From an uncultured Lachnospiraceae bacterium (lineage in GTDB: Bacteria > Bacillota > Clostridia > Lachnospirales > Lachnospiraceae), in the NCBI GenBank assembly GCA_910588125.1, contig CAJUPI010000004.1:34591-98590 (forward strand): a stretch of 64,000 nucleotides of DNA. Reading direction: 5' to 3'. The first letter of the stretch is position 1. Every line of letters starts with the position of its first letter. Of the stretch, positions 19,048-28,535 are shown piece after piece. The notes under the pieces are model-generated. The model was not told the DNA's origin. It searched no databases and saw only the letters and a list, made by a program, of their open reading frames with translations. The position numbers and the translations under genes are program-made.

Positions 19048-20142
19048 ATGGATATGCAGATGTTTGGCCGGATTTCCGATGCGTTTGGGCCGAGTGGATT
19101 TGAGGAGGATGTGATTCGCACGATTGCCGGGTATTGCCGGGAGTTTGAGGTGGAAAATGATGCGATGAACAATCTTTATGTGAGGATGCCAGGGGCGGAC
19201 AGGAAAAAACCGGTGATTCAGCTCGATGCTCATACGGATGAGTGTGGATTTATGGTGCAGGCCATTCATGAAAACGGAGTTTTGGGGATTGTGATGCTGG
19301 GGGGCTTTGTGCTCACAAATGTGCCGGCTCACACAGTGATGATCCGGACCAGGAGCGGGAAAATGGTGAGAGGGATCATCACTTCAAAGCCGGTCCATTT
19401 TATGAATGATAAGGAGAGGGCTTCTCAGGAGCTGGATATTGAGAAGATTTATGTTGATATCGGAGCAGTCAGCAGGAGAGAGGTGGAGGAAGACTTTGGA
19501 GTTTCCATTGGGGATCCGATGATGCCGGAGGTAAGCTTTTCTTATGATGAGGAGCACGGAGTCTGTTTTGGCAAGGCGTTTGACAACCGGGCGGGATGTG
19601 CCTGTATTGTAGATACCATGAAGACACTGTATGCGGAGCGGGAACATCTGGCCGTTCAGGTGGTCGGGGCTTTTGCGGCTCAGGAGGAGGTGGGCATGCG
19701 GGGCGCCACGGTGACGGCCCAGGTGGTGAAGCCGGATTTGGCCATTGTGTTTGAAGGATCACCCTCGGATGATTTCTATTTCAGCGCGGCGCTGGCGCAG
19801 GGACGGATGAAGAGCGGGGTGCAGATCCGGCGGTTGGACAAGAGCTACGTCTCTAACCCGGCATTTATGGAATATGCGATGGAGCTGGCAAAAACGTGTG
19901 GCATTCCCTATCAGGAGACGGTGCGGAGGGGCGGCAGCACCAATGCGGGGAAGATTAGCCTGACCGGAAAGGCGGTTCCGGTGCTGGTGCTGGGAGTGCC
20001 CAGCCGTTATGTGCACACGCATTATAATTTCTGTGCGAAACAGGATCTGGAGGCAGCGGCCGGCCTGGCAGTGCAGGTGATTCGTAAGCTGGACGAGGAG
20101 CGGTTGCGGCATATTTGCCGGCAGGATATACTGGAGGGGTAA
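19048..20142 (+). CDS. M42-family metallo-aminopeptidase (glutamyl aminopeptidase/FrvX-like)
   Basis: AAGGAG RBS before ATG 19048; M42 family architecture (PDZ-like insertion; HTDECGFMV ... GAFAAQEEVGMRGA). Confidence 0.75.
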   Translation: MDMQMFGRISDAFGPSGFEEDVIRTIAGYCREFEVENDAMNNLYVRMPGADRKKPVIQLDAHTDECGFMVQAIHENGVLGIVMLGGFVLTNVPAHTVMIRTRSGKMVRGIITSKPVHFMNDKERASQELDIEKIYVDIGAVSRREVEEDFGVSIGDPMMPEVSFSYDEEHGVCFGKAFDNRAGCACIVDTMKTLYAEREHLAVQVVGAFAAQEEVGMRGATVTAQVVKPDLAIVFEGSPSDDFYFSAALAQGRMKSGVQIRRLDKSYVSNPAFMEYAMELAKTCGIPYQETVRRGGSTNAGKISLTGKAVPVLVLGVPSRYVHTHYNFCAKQDLEAAAGLAVQVIRKLDEERLRHICRQDILEG

Positions 20143-20147
20143 AAAAG

Positions 20148-20885
20148 ATGACAAATCGGAGAAAACCTGTGATAGGCATCCTGGGCCTTACCAGGAGTAC
20201 AGATCCGGGACTGTATATCAGTGGAGAACATGTATTTACAGGAAGCACCAATGTACGGGCGATTCAGATGAACGGCGGGGTGCCGGTGCTAATTCCGGCG
20301 GCCATGGCTGCAGAGGATGTGGAAGCGGCGGTATCCTTTTGCGACGGGATTCTGATTCCTGGCGGAGACGATGTGACGCCCTGGTACTACGACGAGGAGC
20401 CGCTGCCAGTGATTGGGACTTTCCGTCCGGAGATCGATGATGCCTGGCTGAAGGTGGGGAGATATGCTCTGGAGAATAAGATTCCCATGCTGGGAATCTG
20501 CAAAGGTCACCAGACGCTGAATGTATTGATGGGCGGAAGCCTGTATCAGGATTTATCTCTCCAGGGAGGGGAGCTGATTCAGCATTTGCAGAGGTTTAAC
20601 CGGACTTATCTGACTCACCATGTGGAAGTGGTGGAAGGAACCCGGCTGGCGGGGCTTTTTGGCGCCGGAAAACTAAAGACCAATTCTATGCACCACCAGG
20701 CAGTGAAAAAGCTGGGGAAGGGATTGAAGATCTCGGCCCGGGCCTGTGACGGCACGGTAGAAGGAATCGAGGACGAGGAGGGCCTGATCATGGGGGTACA
20801 GTGGCATCCGGAGGATCTGGTGGACTCGGCTCCGGTGATGAACCGGCTGTTTGCGGATTTGGTGGAGCGGGCTTTGCGGCGGTAG
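20148..20885 (+). CDS. Class I glutamine-amidotransferase-like / peptidase C26 gamma-glutamyl hydrolase family protein (PuuD-like)
   Basis: GGAGGGG RBS; catalytic Cys in GICKGHQ and His in MHHQAV typical of C26/GATase1. Confidence 0.7.
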   Translation: MTNRRKPVIGILGLTRSTDPGLYISGEHVFTGSTNVRAIQMNGGVPVLIPAAMAAEDVEAAVSFCDGILIPGGDDVTPWYYDEEPLPVIGTFRPEIDDAWLKVGRYALENKIPMLGICKGHQTLNVLMGGSLYQDLSLQGGELIQHLQRFNRTYLTHHVEVVEGTRLAGLFGAGKLKTNSMHHQAVKKLGKGLKISARACDGTVEGIEDEEGLIMGVQWHPEDLVDSAPVMNRLFADLVERALRR

Positions 20886-20924
20886 GGTAACTTAAGGAAT
20901 TTATAATAAAAAGCAGAAACGGAA

Positions 20925-20956
20925 AAGGCACGTGGAATGAAAGCGTGCCTTTTTTA
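20925..20956 (+). terminator. Rho-independent terminator ending the peptide-utilization operon
   Basis: AAGGCACG-loop-CGTGCCTT hairpin followed by TTTTTTAT. Confidence 0.6.
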
Positions 20957-21104
20957 TGGGCATGAATGAAAAGGAATAAATTGGAAGCATATAAAATTAC
21001 AGAAAGGGAAAATGGTCTTTCCTAAGTCATGAATCTATGTTACAATATAAAAACGGAAAATCCTATATTATGACTATTATTTTGGAAAACAAGGGGGAAT
21101 AAGA

Positions 21105-22781
21105 ATGGCAGGAAACCATATCTCTAAGAATGAAAAAAAGGGAAAGTACAAAAAAATCGGGATGAAAATCGGAGGCGTTGTGATAGTCTTGCAGGTAATT
21201 TCTGTCCTGCTGGTGATGCTTGTCTGTATTTTTATGTACAATTCTCTGATTACAAAGATGCAAAAGGTCCGCTGTACAAACGGTACAAATATGCTGTCCT
21301 ATTTGCTGGATCAGGCGGCTGGCGATGAGGATATGAATCAGCTGCTGGATGGCCTGAAAAGTCGTATGGGCTGCGAATTCACTATTTTTGAGGGGGATAC
21401 CCGGGCGTACAGCACGGTGACCCAAAACGGCCAGCGGGTAGTGGGGACTAAGCTGTCGTCTGATCTGAGTACGATTGTGCTTCAGCAGGGGAAGTCTTAT
21501 GTGGGAGAGTCAAGCATCCATGGGGAGAGCTATCTGTGTTCCTATGTGCCCACAAAGGGAACTGACGGAAAGATCAATGGACTGATTTTTGCCGGGATTT
21601 CCAGGACAGAGGCCAGGCAGGAGGTGGTTATCGTCGTTGCATTGGCTGTTATGGCAAGCTTTATTACCATTGTTCTCGGTACGATACTCCTGACAGCTTA
21701 TTTAAAAAAGCGGGTTTCGGATCCTCTGGGCGAGATTACCCGGATAGCCGGACAGTTGGAGAAGGGTGAGCTGGGCCTGGCCGGTAATGAGGAGATTCGG
21801 ATTAATGTTTCATCTAATGATGAGGTCGGTATGCTGGGAGAGATGTTTGAGGATACCATTCACCGGCTGCGGTCTTATATCGGTGAGATTTCCAGTGTGC
21901 TGGGTTCCATGGCGAATGGCGACCTGACTCAGAGTACGCGTCAGGATTATATGGGTGATTTCCAGTCTATCAAAAGATCTCTGGATGGCATCCAGGCAGC
22001 GTTTAACAATGCTATGGGCCAGATTACCAGCAGTGCCGGACAGGTTTCTTCCGGAGCAGATCAGGTATCCAGCAGTGCACAGGCGCTGGCTCAGGGAGCT
22101 ACTGAGCAGGCCAGTTCCATCGAGGAGATTTCCGCAACGATGATGGATATCTCCAAGAATGCCAAGCAGACTTCTATGGCGGCTGAGGAAGCAGGTGAAT
22201 ATGTTAATCAGGCGGGGTCCCATCTGGGAGTCAGCATAGGCTTTGTCAAGGAGCTGAACGAAGCCATGGAAAATATTTCCGGTTCTTCGAAGAAAATTGG
22301 TACGATTATTGCCACTATTGAGGATATTGCTTTCCAGATCAATATTCTGGCATTGAATGCGGCTGTGGAGGCGGCCCGGGCAGGTTCTGCTGGCAAGGGT
22401 TTTGCTGTGGTGGCCGATGAAGTAAGTAATTTAGCGTCCAAATCGGATGAAGCGGCTAAAGCTACCAAGAAGCTGATCGAAAGCTCGATTACTGCTGTTA
22501 CCGAGGGTGGGCATATTGTGAATAAAGTGACGGAAGCTTTGGATCAGACCAGCCAGAGTGCAGGACATGTGACTACGCAGATGGCGATCGTGGTGGAGGC
22601 TGTGGAGAAGCAGACAGCAGCGCTTTCTCAGGTTACCGATGGGATTGATCAGATATCTTCTGTGGTTCAGACCAATTCTGCCACCAGCGAGCAATGCGCT
22701 GCTGCCAGTGAGGAGCTGTCGTCTCAGGCCAATTTGCTTAAGGATTTGATGCGTTCCTTCAAATTGAGAGATATTCGTTAA
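21105..22781 (+). CDS. Methyl-accepting chemotaxis protein (two TM helices, periplasmic sensor, HAMP, MCP signalling domain)
   Basis: 558 aa; TM segments near residues 25-45 and 175-200; MA domain with highly conserved IAFQINILALNAAVEAARAG. Confidence 0.85.
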   Translation: MAGNHISKNEKKGKYKKIGMKIGGVVIVLQVISVLLVMLVCIFMYNSLITKMQKVRCTNGTNMLSYLLDQAAGDEDMNQLLDGLKSRMGCEFTIFEGDTRAYSTVTQNGQRVVGTKLSSDLSTIVLQQGKSYVGESSIHGESYLCSYVPTKGTDGKINGLIFAGISRTEARQEVVIVVALAVMASFITIVLGTILLTAYLKKRVSDPLGEITRIAGQLEKGELGLAGNEEIRINVSSNDEVGMLGEMFEDTIHRLRSYIGEISSVLGSMANGDLTQSTRQDYMGDFQSIKRSLDGIQAAFNNAMGQITSSAGQVSSGADQVSSSAQALAQGATEQASSIEEISATMMDISKNAKQTSMAAEEAGEYVNQAGSHLGVSIGFVKELNEAMENISGSSKKIGTIIATIEDIAFQINILALNAAVEAARAGSAGKGFAVVADEVSNLASKSDEAAKATKKLIESSITAVTEGGHIVNKVTEALDQTSQSAGHVTTQMAIVVEAVEKQTAALSQVTDGIDQISSVVQTNSATSEQCAAASEELSSQANLLKDLMRSFKLRDIR

Positions 22782-22889
22782 GATTCAGAAACATACCCGA
22801 TCAGAGAGACTTATGGAAGGGAGGCGTATTTTTCCCGGACAGAGAGGAAGGATCGGGTATGTTTGTTAAAAAGAAATATTATCTAAAAT

Positions 22890-23408
22890 CTATTTATTTG
22901 TCTTTAACAATTCCCATATCATGTCATGCATCCAGGCGATTGTATCATTCAGATGGCGGTTTTCCTCTTGCAGGGACAGAAGTTTCTCTCCTAAAAGTTC
23001 TAATTGTTGACAATGAAGACCCGTTTTAGAACAGCAGTCAGATGGATTTATTTCATTGCCGGACTTTTTTTCTGAAGCCAATTTTTCAAAGTAATGATAC
23101 ATTAGCTCGAAAAATTCTTTATTGGTTGGTCGTGTTGTATGAGTACCATTACATATTTCTATCAAAAGTTCGATATTATCTGTTTTCCAAACTGAGTCAA
23201 CAATGGTTCGGATATTACGTTCCACGCATTTCCAGGAGGTGTGAAATTCAATTGCGATATCAATATAGAGAGATTTTGTGATAAAGGACAGATAATCTTT
23301 GTTTTTTAACACTAGTAAAATTCCGTAAGCCGTGAAATGGTAACCTTGATTTGATGTTTTGACACCAAGTCTGCGCAGTACACTTTTGATTTCTTCAATT
23401 TCATACAT
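22890..23408 (-). CDS. Stand-alone Spo0A C-terminal DNA-binding-domain protein (no receiver domain) with C-terminal coiled coil
   Basis: Aligns with the Spo0A effector domain (LRRLGV..GY ... ITKSLYIDIAIEFHTSWKCVERNIRTIVDSVW ... RPTNKEF versus Spo0A [32 protein letters not shown] ... KPTNSEF); AGGAG RBS. Confidence 0.65.
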   Translation of the reverse strand: MYEIEEIKSVLRRLGVKTSNQGYHFTAYGILLVLKNKDYLSFITKSLYIDIAIEFHTSWKCVERNIRTIVDSVWKTDNIELLIEICNGTHTTRPTNKEFFELMYHYFEKLASEKKSGNEINPSDCCSKTGLHCQQLELLGEKLLSLQEENRHLNDTIAWMHDMIWELLKTNK

Positions 23409-23645
23409 TTTTTATCTCCTACTAGAAAATGTTCTATAAAATATCTTAAAGTGAAGAATTGTAGAAGACAACCTTATTGGTTCGACAAAAATTGTCGAAA
23501 TTGTAAAAATATGATAATTACTCTTATCATTTGTAAAAAATATATTATTTTTTTAATAAAAAAAGAGAATGCCAAAACAGAAAAGCCTGCCAGCATTCCC
23601 TTTTTATTTTAATTAAGATAGTTACATATCACAAACAAAAATATA

Positions 23646-25472
23646 TTATTTTTTATCTGATTTTTGGTGCATGGCAAATTTTCCATCCTGTAGAATCCGG
23701 ATATATTCATCATGTGCTTTCTGATATACCTCATTAAACTCTTCATCTCGTCCGGAATGCAGCATGGAGATATAATTATGTACCTGATGGTTGATTCCAG
23801 GGGTGGCTCTTGCCACGGTTGCCACGCCTATATTGGAACAAACATCCGAGATTCGTTCGGCTTCGGAGAGCAGATTGAAAAACTCGGAGCCATTGAAGAC
23901 GCCACATTCACCATCTCGCAGCCGTTTCAGGTGGTGGTCTTTTAACAGGCTCACCATATCATCCACTACTTGTTCTAAAGGTTCGATTTGTCGGGCTTCT
24001 GCCAGATTTTGCTTCCGGAATGCCTCAGCGGTATGGTTTAAAACCACATCTAAAAGCTGCCACAGCACACTGAGCTCGGACAAGGCATCCTTGGAAAAGG
24101 AGCTTTCCTTTTCATTGAGCGTTGCGGCAATCTCCGCAATGTTCAAAGCATGATCACCCAGGCGTTCAAACTCTGTGATAGCAGAAAAGTAATAATTCAT
24201 GATCTCCACGTGATAGTGGGAGGTAATGGTAGCAGATATCTGAACCAGATAATTGCTGACATGGTCTGTCATATTGTCAATATAATTCTCATCTTCTTCG
24301 AGCAGCTTCATGATTTCCGGGTCGTATTGATGAAACATGTCAAAGGCACGGCTGATATTGGTCTTTGCCAGCTGAAACATTACCAGAAGGATATCATAGC
24401 AACGTCCGAAGGCCACGGCAGGCGTGCTGATAAATACCGGGTTTAGGGCGTCCAGCATTTCGTCATACTTTCCGGCAGCCACAGGTTCGTCTTTTACCAG
24501 CCGGTGACTAATTTTCTCATAGATCCCTACAAACGGGAGCAAAAGAACGGCACAGGACAGATTGAAGATGGTATTGGCATTGGCAATCCCTCCGGAGTAA
24601 ATGGCCTGGTCCCAGATACCGTCCAACAGATGAAGCCGGTGGAGAATAACCACTACGGTCAGGGTAAGGACGGATTTGCACAGATTAAATAAAATGTTTA
24701 CCACACCGACCCGTTTGGCTTCCGGCTTTGCGCCGATATTGCAGACAATGGCTGTGGTCACACAGTCGCCCAGGTAGATACCTACCAGCACCGCATATAT
24801 CTCCCCGAAGGTCAGCTGGCCGGAGGTAGAAAACGCCTGTAAAATACCGACCGTTGCAGAGGAACTTTGAAGTACAAAGGCAACGCTTGCCCCGGAGAGG
24901 TAAGCCAGCAGGGGATTCGCTCCCAGACGGGAGAAAAGCTGTTCCACAATGCCGCTGTCAGAAAGGACGCTGACGGCATCAGCCATATTCATGAGTCCGG
25001 AAAACAAGATACCGAAGCCAATGATGATATGCCCTACTTTGTTGGAATCACGGGATTTTACCCCCATGATGATGATAATGCCGATGATCAAGGCCATGGG
25101 CGCTAAGGTGGATGGTTTTAAAAGCTGCAAGAACCAGGTCCCGGAAGAGTTGATATCCAGAAGCCGGATGATTTGCCCGGTGACGGTGGTGCCTACATTG
25201 GCCCCGATAATAATTCCCAGAGACTGATGCAGAGAGATGATACCAGCGCCTACCAGACCAGAGGTAAGGACAATGGTTGCCGTGGAGGACTGGATCACCG
25301 CAGTGACAATGAGTCCTAAAAGAAATGCCTTTAAAGGAGTGCCGGTAATCCGTTCCATCGCTTTTTTTAAAGTGCCGGAGGAGCTGGCCTTCAGGCCGTC
25401 TCCCATCATGCGCATACCGTAAAGGAACATGGCCAGTCCGCCGAAAAGGGTTATAATGTTGAAAATATTCAT
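23646..25472 (-). CDS. nptA: Na+/phosphate cotransporter family protein (NptA-type) with C-terminal PhoU-like repeats
   Basis: 608 aa; Na_Pi_cotrans repeats (FLYGMRMMGDGL ... QSSSATV x2) and cytoplasmic PhoU-like domain. Confidence 0.8.
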   Translation of the reverse strand: MNIFNIITLFGGLAMFLYGMRMMGDGLKASSSGTLKKAMERITGTPLKAFLLGLIVTAVIQSSTATIVLTSGLVGAGIISLHQSLGIIIGANVGTTVTGQIIRLLDINSSGTWFLQLLKPSTLAPMALIIGIIIIMGVKSRDSNKVGHIIIGFGILFSGLMNMADAVSVLSDSGIVEQLFSRLGANPLLAYLSGASVAFVLQSSSATVGILQAFSTSGQLTFGEIYAVLVGIYLGDCVTTAIVCNIGAKPEAKRVGVVNILFNLCKSVLTLTVVVILHRLHLLDGIWDQAIYSGGIANANTIFNLSCAVLLLPFVGIYEKISHRLVKDEPVAAGKYDEMLDALNPVFISTPAVAFGRCYDILLVMFQLAKTNISRAFDMFHQYDPEIMKLLEEDENYIDNMTDHVSNYLVQISATITSHYHVEIMNYYFSAITEFERLGDHALNIAEIAATLNEKESSFSKDALSELSVLWQLLDVVLNHTAEAFRKQNLAEARQIEPLEQVVDDMVSLLKDHHLKRLRDGECGVFNGSEFFNLLSEAERISDVCSNIGVATVARATPGINHQVHNYISMLHSGRDEEFNEVYQKAHDEYIRILQDGKFAMHQKSDKK

Positions 25473-25828
25473 GCTTGCCCACCTGTGAATTGTGTACGGG
25501 AAGAAAGTGCTTCCCTGTGATAAATGAGTTTCTGCAAAAGGCTTTACTTGGGATTTTACTAAAGTTTGACAGAAATTGCTATAGTTTTTTTATTTTTTGA
25601 GGAGATTTTTCGCGTTGTCTTTTCATAAGTGGCACAGCAGATTGGTCAGCCATCCGGTCAGAATGGAGGATGATTTTTAAGGCTCCCAGGTTAGTGATTT
25701 CGGTGGACGGACCGGTTATCATGAACACAGCCGCTGAACCGTGTGTTCCCTTGTCCGCTGCGGGTATTTGTTGTATAATGATTGAGTAGTGACAGATATA
25801 TTACCAAAGGAAAAAAGGAGAAGGTATT

Positions 25829-27748
25829 ATGGAATGCAAAACATTATTTCAACCGATTTCGATTGGCCCCATGACCGTGAAAAACCGGTTTGTCATGCCG
25901 CCTATGGCGAACAATCTGGCAAATACGGATGGTTCTTTGAGTGAGAAATCGAGAGCTTATTATGCGGCCCGGGCAAAGGGTGGCTTCGGGTTGATCACGA
26001 TTGAGGCGACGGTAGTGGATCCGGCGGCAAAGGGCGGGTTGCGGAAGTCCTGCCTGTTTGAAGACTCTGTGATCCCCAGCTTTGCGGCGGTGGCAGAGGC
26101 ATGCCATGAATGCGGAACAAAGATTTCCGTACAGCTTCAGCACGCCGGGCCGGAGGGGAATGCCAGGGCAGCCGGTGCGCCGTTGAAGTCGGCAAGTGCG
26201 ATTCCCGCCGCCTGTGGCCGGGATATTCCATTGGAAATGACCACAGAAGAAATCTATAGCCTGATTGAACGATACGGGGACGCGGCGCTGCGGGCGAAAA
26301 AAGCCGGGATCGACGCCGTGGAAGTCCATTGTGCTCATGGCTATCTGATCAGCAGCTTTCTCTCTCCGCGGACGAACAAGCGGGTGGATGAATTTGGAGG
26401 AAGCTTTGAGAACCGGCTTCGTATTGTCAGGCTGATTGTTGAGAATATTCGAAAGAAAGCAGACGGTATGGCCGTCCTGTGCCGGATCAACTGTCAGGAT
26501 GAGATGCCTGGCGGACTGACGGTTCAGGATTCGGCTGCTGTCGCCGCTTATCTGGAGGCGATCGGAGTGGACGGCCTTCATGTCTCCCGGGCAGTACATA
26601 TCAAGGATGAGTATATGTGGGCGCCGACCTGTATTCATGGCGGTTTTAATGCAGATTATGTGACGGAAATCAAGCGGGCGGTAAAGATTCCGGTGATGAT
26701 TGTGGGCCGCTTTACCGATCCCTATTATCCGGAACTTCTTATCCGGGAGGGCAGAGCTGATCTGATCGTATACGGCCGCCAGAGCATAGCCGATCCGGAG
26801 CTGGTGAACAAAATCCGGGAGGGCAGGATGGAGGAAGTCACGCCGTGTATTGCCTGCCTGCAGGGGTGTGTTGCCAATATGTATCAGGGAAAGCCGATCA
26901 CCTGCCTGGCAAATCCGCTGATTGGCCGGGAGTCAGAATTGATTCCGGCGGAAAAACCGAAAAAAGTCGCTGTGATCGGCGGCGGTGTGGGCGGCCTGAT
27001 GGCGGCAAGGATCTGTGCATTGCGGGGACATCAGGTAAATCTATATGAAGCCTCTGACAAACTGGGCGGCAATATGAGGCTGGCGGCTTACCCGCCGGGG
27101 AAGGGAGATATCACCGGAATGGTAAGAAGCTTTATCGTACAATGCGAGAAGGCCGGAGTGCAGATTCACTATCATACGAAGATTACGGAAGAGAGACTGA
27201 AAGATATACCGGCGGATGCCATGATTCTGGCGACAGGAGCAAAGCCTTTGCTTCCGTCCATCCCGGGAATCCAGGATAGCGGTGCAGTGACGGCCGGCGA
27301 TGTGCTGGAGGGGAAGGCGGCCTGCGGCCGGAGAGTACTGATCATCGGCGGCGGCATGGTAGGCTGCGAAACGGCGGATTTTCTGGGAGAGCTGCTGCAT
27401 GAGACGGTAATTGTGGAGCTTAAGGATTCCATAGGATCCGACATGATCGCTGAGCATCGCAAATTTGTCCTTAGAGGCTTAGAGGAGCATCATACCCGGT
27501 GTATTACTGGGGCAAAGGTCACCCGTTTCTATCAGGATGGGGTGGATTATACCTGGCAGGACGGGAAAAGCGAAAGTCTGCGGGGATTTGACACAGTGAT
27601 CCTTGCTCTGGGATACCAGGGCTATGACCCGCTCAGCCAGGCGGCAAAGGCAGTTTGCCGTGAAGTATACGTGATTGGAGACGCCGTTCATGCCCGCCGT
27701 GCCCTGGAGGCTACCAGAGAGGCATTTGAGGCGGCTATCCGGATATAG
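25829..27748 (+). CDS. Old-yellow-enzyme-like FMN oxidoreductase fused to an FAD/NAD(P)-binding domain (2,4-dienoyl-CoA reductase / enoate reductase / NADH oxidase family)
   Basis: 639 aa; N-terminal OYE TIM-barrel region (VEVHCAHGYLISSFLSP), C-terminal Rossmann motifs VAVIGGGVGG and VLIIGGGMVG. Confidence 0.8.
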   Translation: MECKTLFQPISIGPMTVKNRFVMPPMANNLANTDGSLSEKSRAYYAARAKGGFGLITIEATVVDPAAKGGLRKSCLFEDSVIPSFAAVAEACHECGTKISVQLQHAGPEGNARAAGAPLKSASAIPAACGRDIPLEMTTEEIYSLIERYGDAALRAKKAGIDAVEVHCAHGYLISSFLSPRTNKRVDEFGGSFENRLRIVRLIVENIRKKADGMAVLCRINCQDEMPGGLTVQDSAAVAAYLEAIGVDGLHVSRAVHIKDEYMWAPTCIHGGFNADYVTEIKRAVKIPVMIVGRFTDPYYPELLIREGRADLIVYGRQSIADPELVNKIREGRMEEVTPCIACLQGCVANMYQGKPITCLANPLIGRESELIPAEKPKKVAVIGGGVGGLMAARICALRGHQVNLYEASDKLGGNMRLAAYPPGKGDITGMVRSFIVQCEKAGVQIHYHTKITEERLKDIPADAMILATGAKPLLPSIPGIQDSGAVTAGDVLEGKAACGRRVLIIGGGMVGCETADFLGELLHETVIVELKDSIGSDMIAEHRKFVLRGLEEHHTRCITGAKVTRFYQDGVDYTWQDGKSESLRGFDTVILALGYQGYDPLSQAAKAVCREVYVIGDAVHARRALEATREAFEAAIRI

Positions 27749-28535
27749 TGAGATGTAATAAATATTCCACGGCATGTAAAAGGCCGTCCTGTTCAATGGA
27801 ATCTGTGACATAGTCGGCCGCCGCCTTTACCTGTTCATTGCCGTTTCCCATGGCAATGCCGATGCCGGCGTAGCGAATCATGGGAATATCATTATATCCG
27901 TCTCCGACGGCGGCGATTTCGTCCCGGGAATATCCGTAGTGTTCCATTACTTTTTGGATTCCCAGTTTTTTGGAACCGCCTTTTGGTGTGATGTCAAAAG
28001 CGCCGCCGTCGTGCCAGCGGGTAATGTCGCACAGCGGAAGCCGGGCAGCGAGGACATCCGAAGTTAGCTCGTCGGAAAAGGGGCTCATCTGGTAAACCGG
28101 GTTTGTAAGTCCTCGCTCCATGCGAGGTTCCACAGGAGGAATTGCCGTGCCGATCTGGGCCTGCAGCTTTGCCAGCTGAGCGGTGATATGGCTGACATAC
28201 AAAGCGTTTTTTTCCATAAAAAGCAGGGAAAAGCCGAGCTCGCGCTGGAAGGCAAGCATGGCTTGTATCTGGGATACCGGAATAGGGTTTTCATAGAGAA
28301 GGGATAAGTGATCATCCAGACAGAGACTGCCGTTTAACAGGATATAGCCGTCAAATGCGAGTCCGTCGAGAAGGTTCTCTTCCTCGATTTCCAAAAGATG
28401 TCTTCCGGTGGCAATCAGGCAGCGAAGCCCATGTTCCCTGGCCAGACGAATGGCCAGACGGGTTCCGGGGCGGATACCCTTTTCCGTGAAATCTCTCAGG
28501 GTTCCGTCAATGTCAAAAAATACAGCTTTTATCAT
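27735..28535 (-). CDS. Cof-type HAD-IIB family phosphatase
   Basis: N-terminal FFDIDGTL motif, C-terminal GDGYNDIPM; ATG overlaps the upstream WYL gene's stop (ATGA). Confidence 0.8.
   Translation of the reverse strand: MIKAVFFDIDGTLRDFTEKGIRPGTRLAIRLAREHGLRCLIATGRHLLEIEEENLLDGLAFDGYILLNGSLCLDDHLSLLYENPIPVSQIQAMLAFQRELGFSLLFMEKNALYVSHITAQLAKLQAQIGTAIPPVEPRMERGLTNPVYQMSPFSDELTSDVLAARLPLCDITRWHDGGAFDITPKGGSKKLGIQKVMEHYGYSRDEIAAVGDGYNDIPMIRYAGIGIAMGNGNEQVKAAADYVTDSIEQDGLLHAVEYLLHLTISG

Noticed and set aside
18144-19172. 342-aa minus-strand ORF overlapping the M55 and M42 peptidase genes
   Set aside because: Shadow ORF antisense to two well-supported, RBS-preceded genes. The sequence is low-complexity and Pro/His/Arg-rich, typical of out-of-frame translation of GC-rich coding DNA. 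The same reasoning applies to 17332-18141(-), 25844-26638(-), 14176-14877(+), 12660-13109(-) and 61396-61805(-).
22782-22870. Long-loop hairpin (ATACCCGATC ... GATCGGGTAT + GTTTGTT) after the MCP gene as a confident terminator
   Set aside because: A 10-bp stem with a 48-nt loop and a weak U-tract; plausible as a bidirectional terminator for the convergent genes but too atypical to list as a feature.
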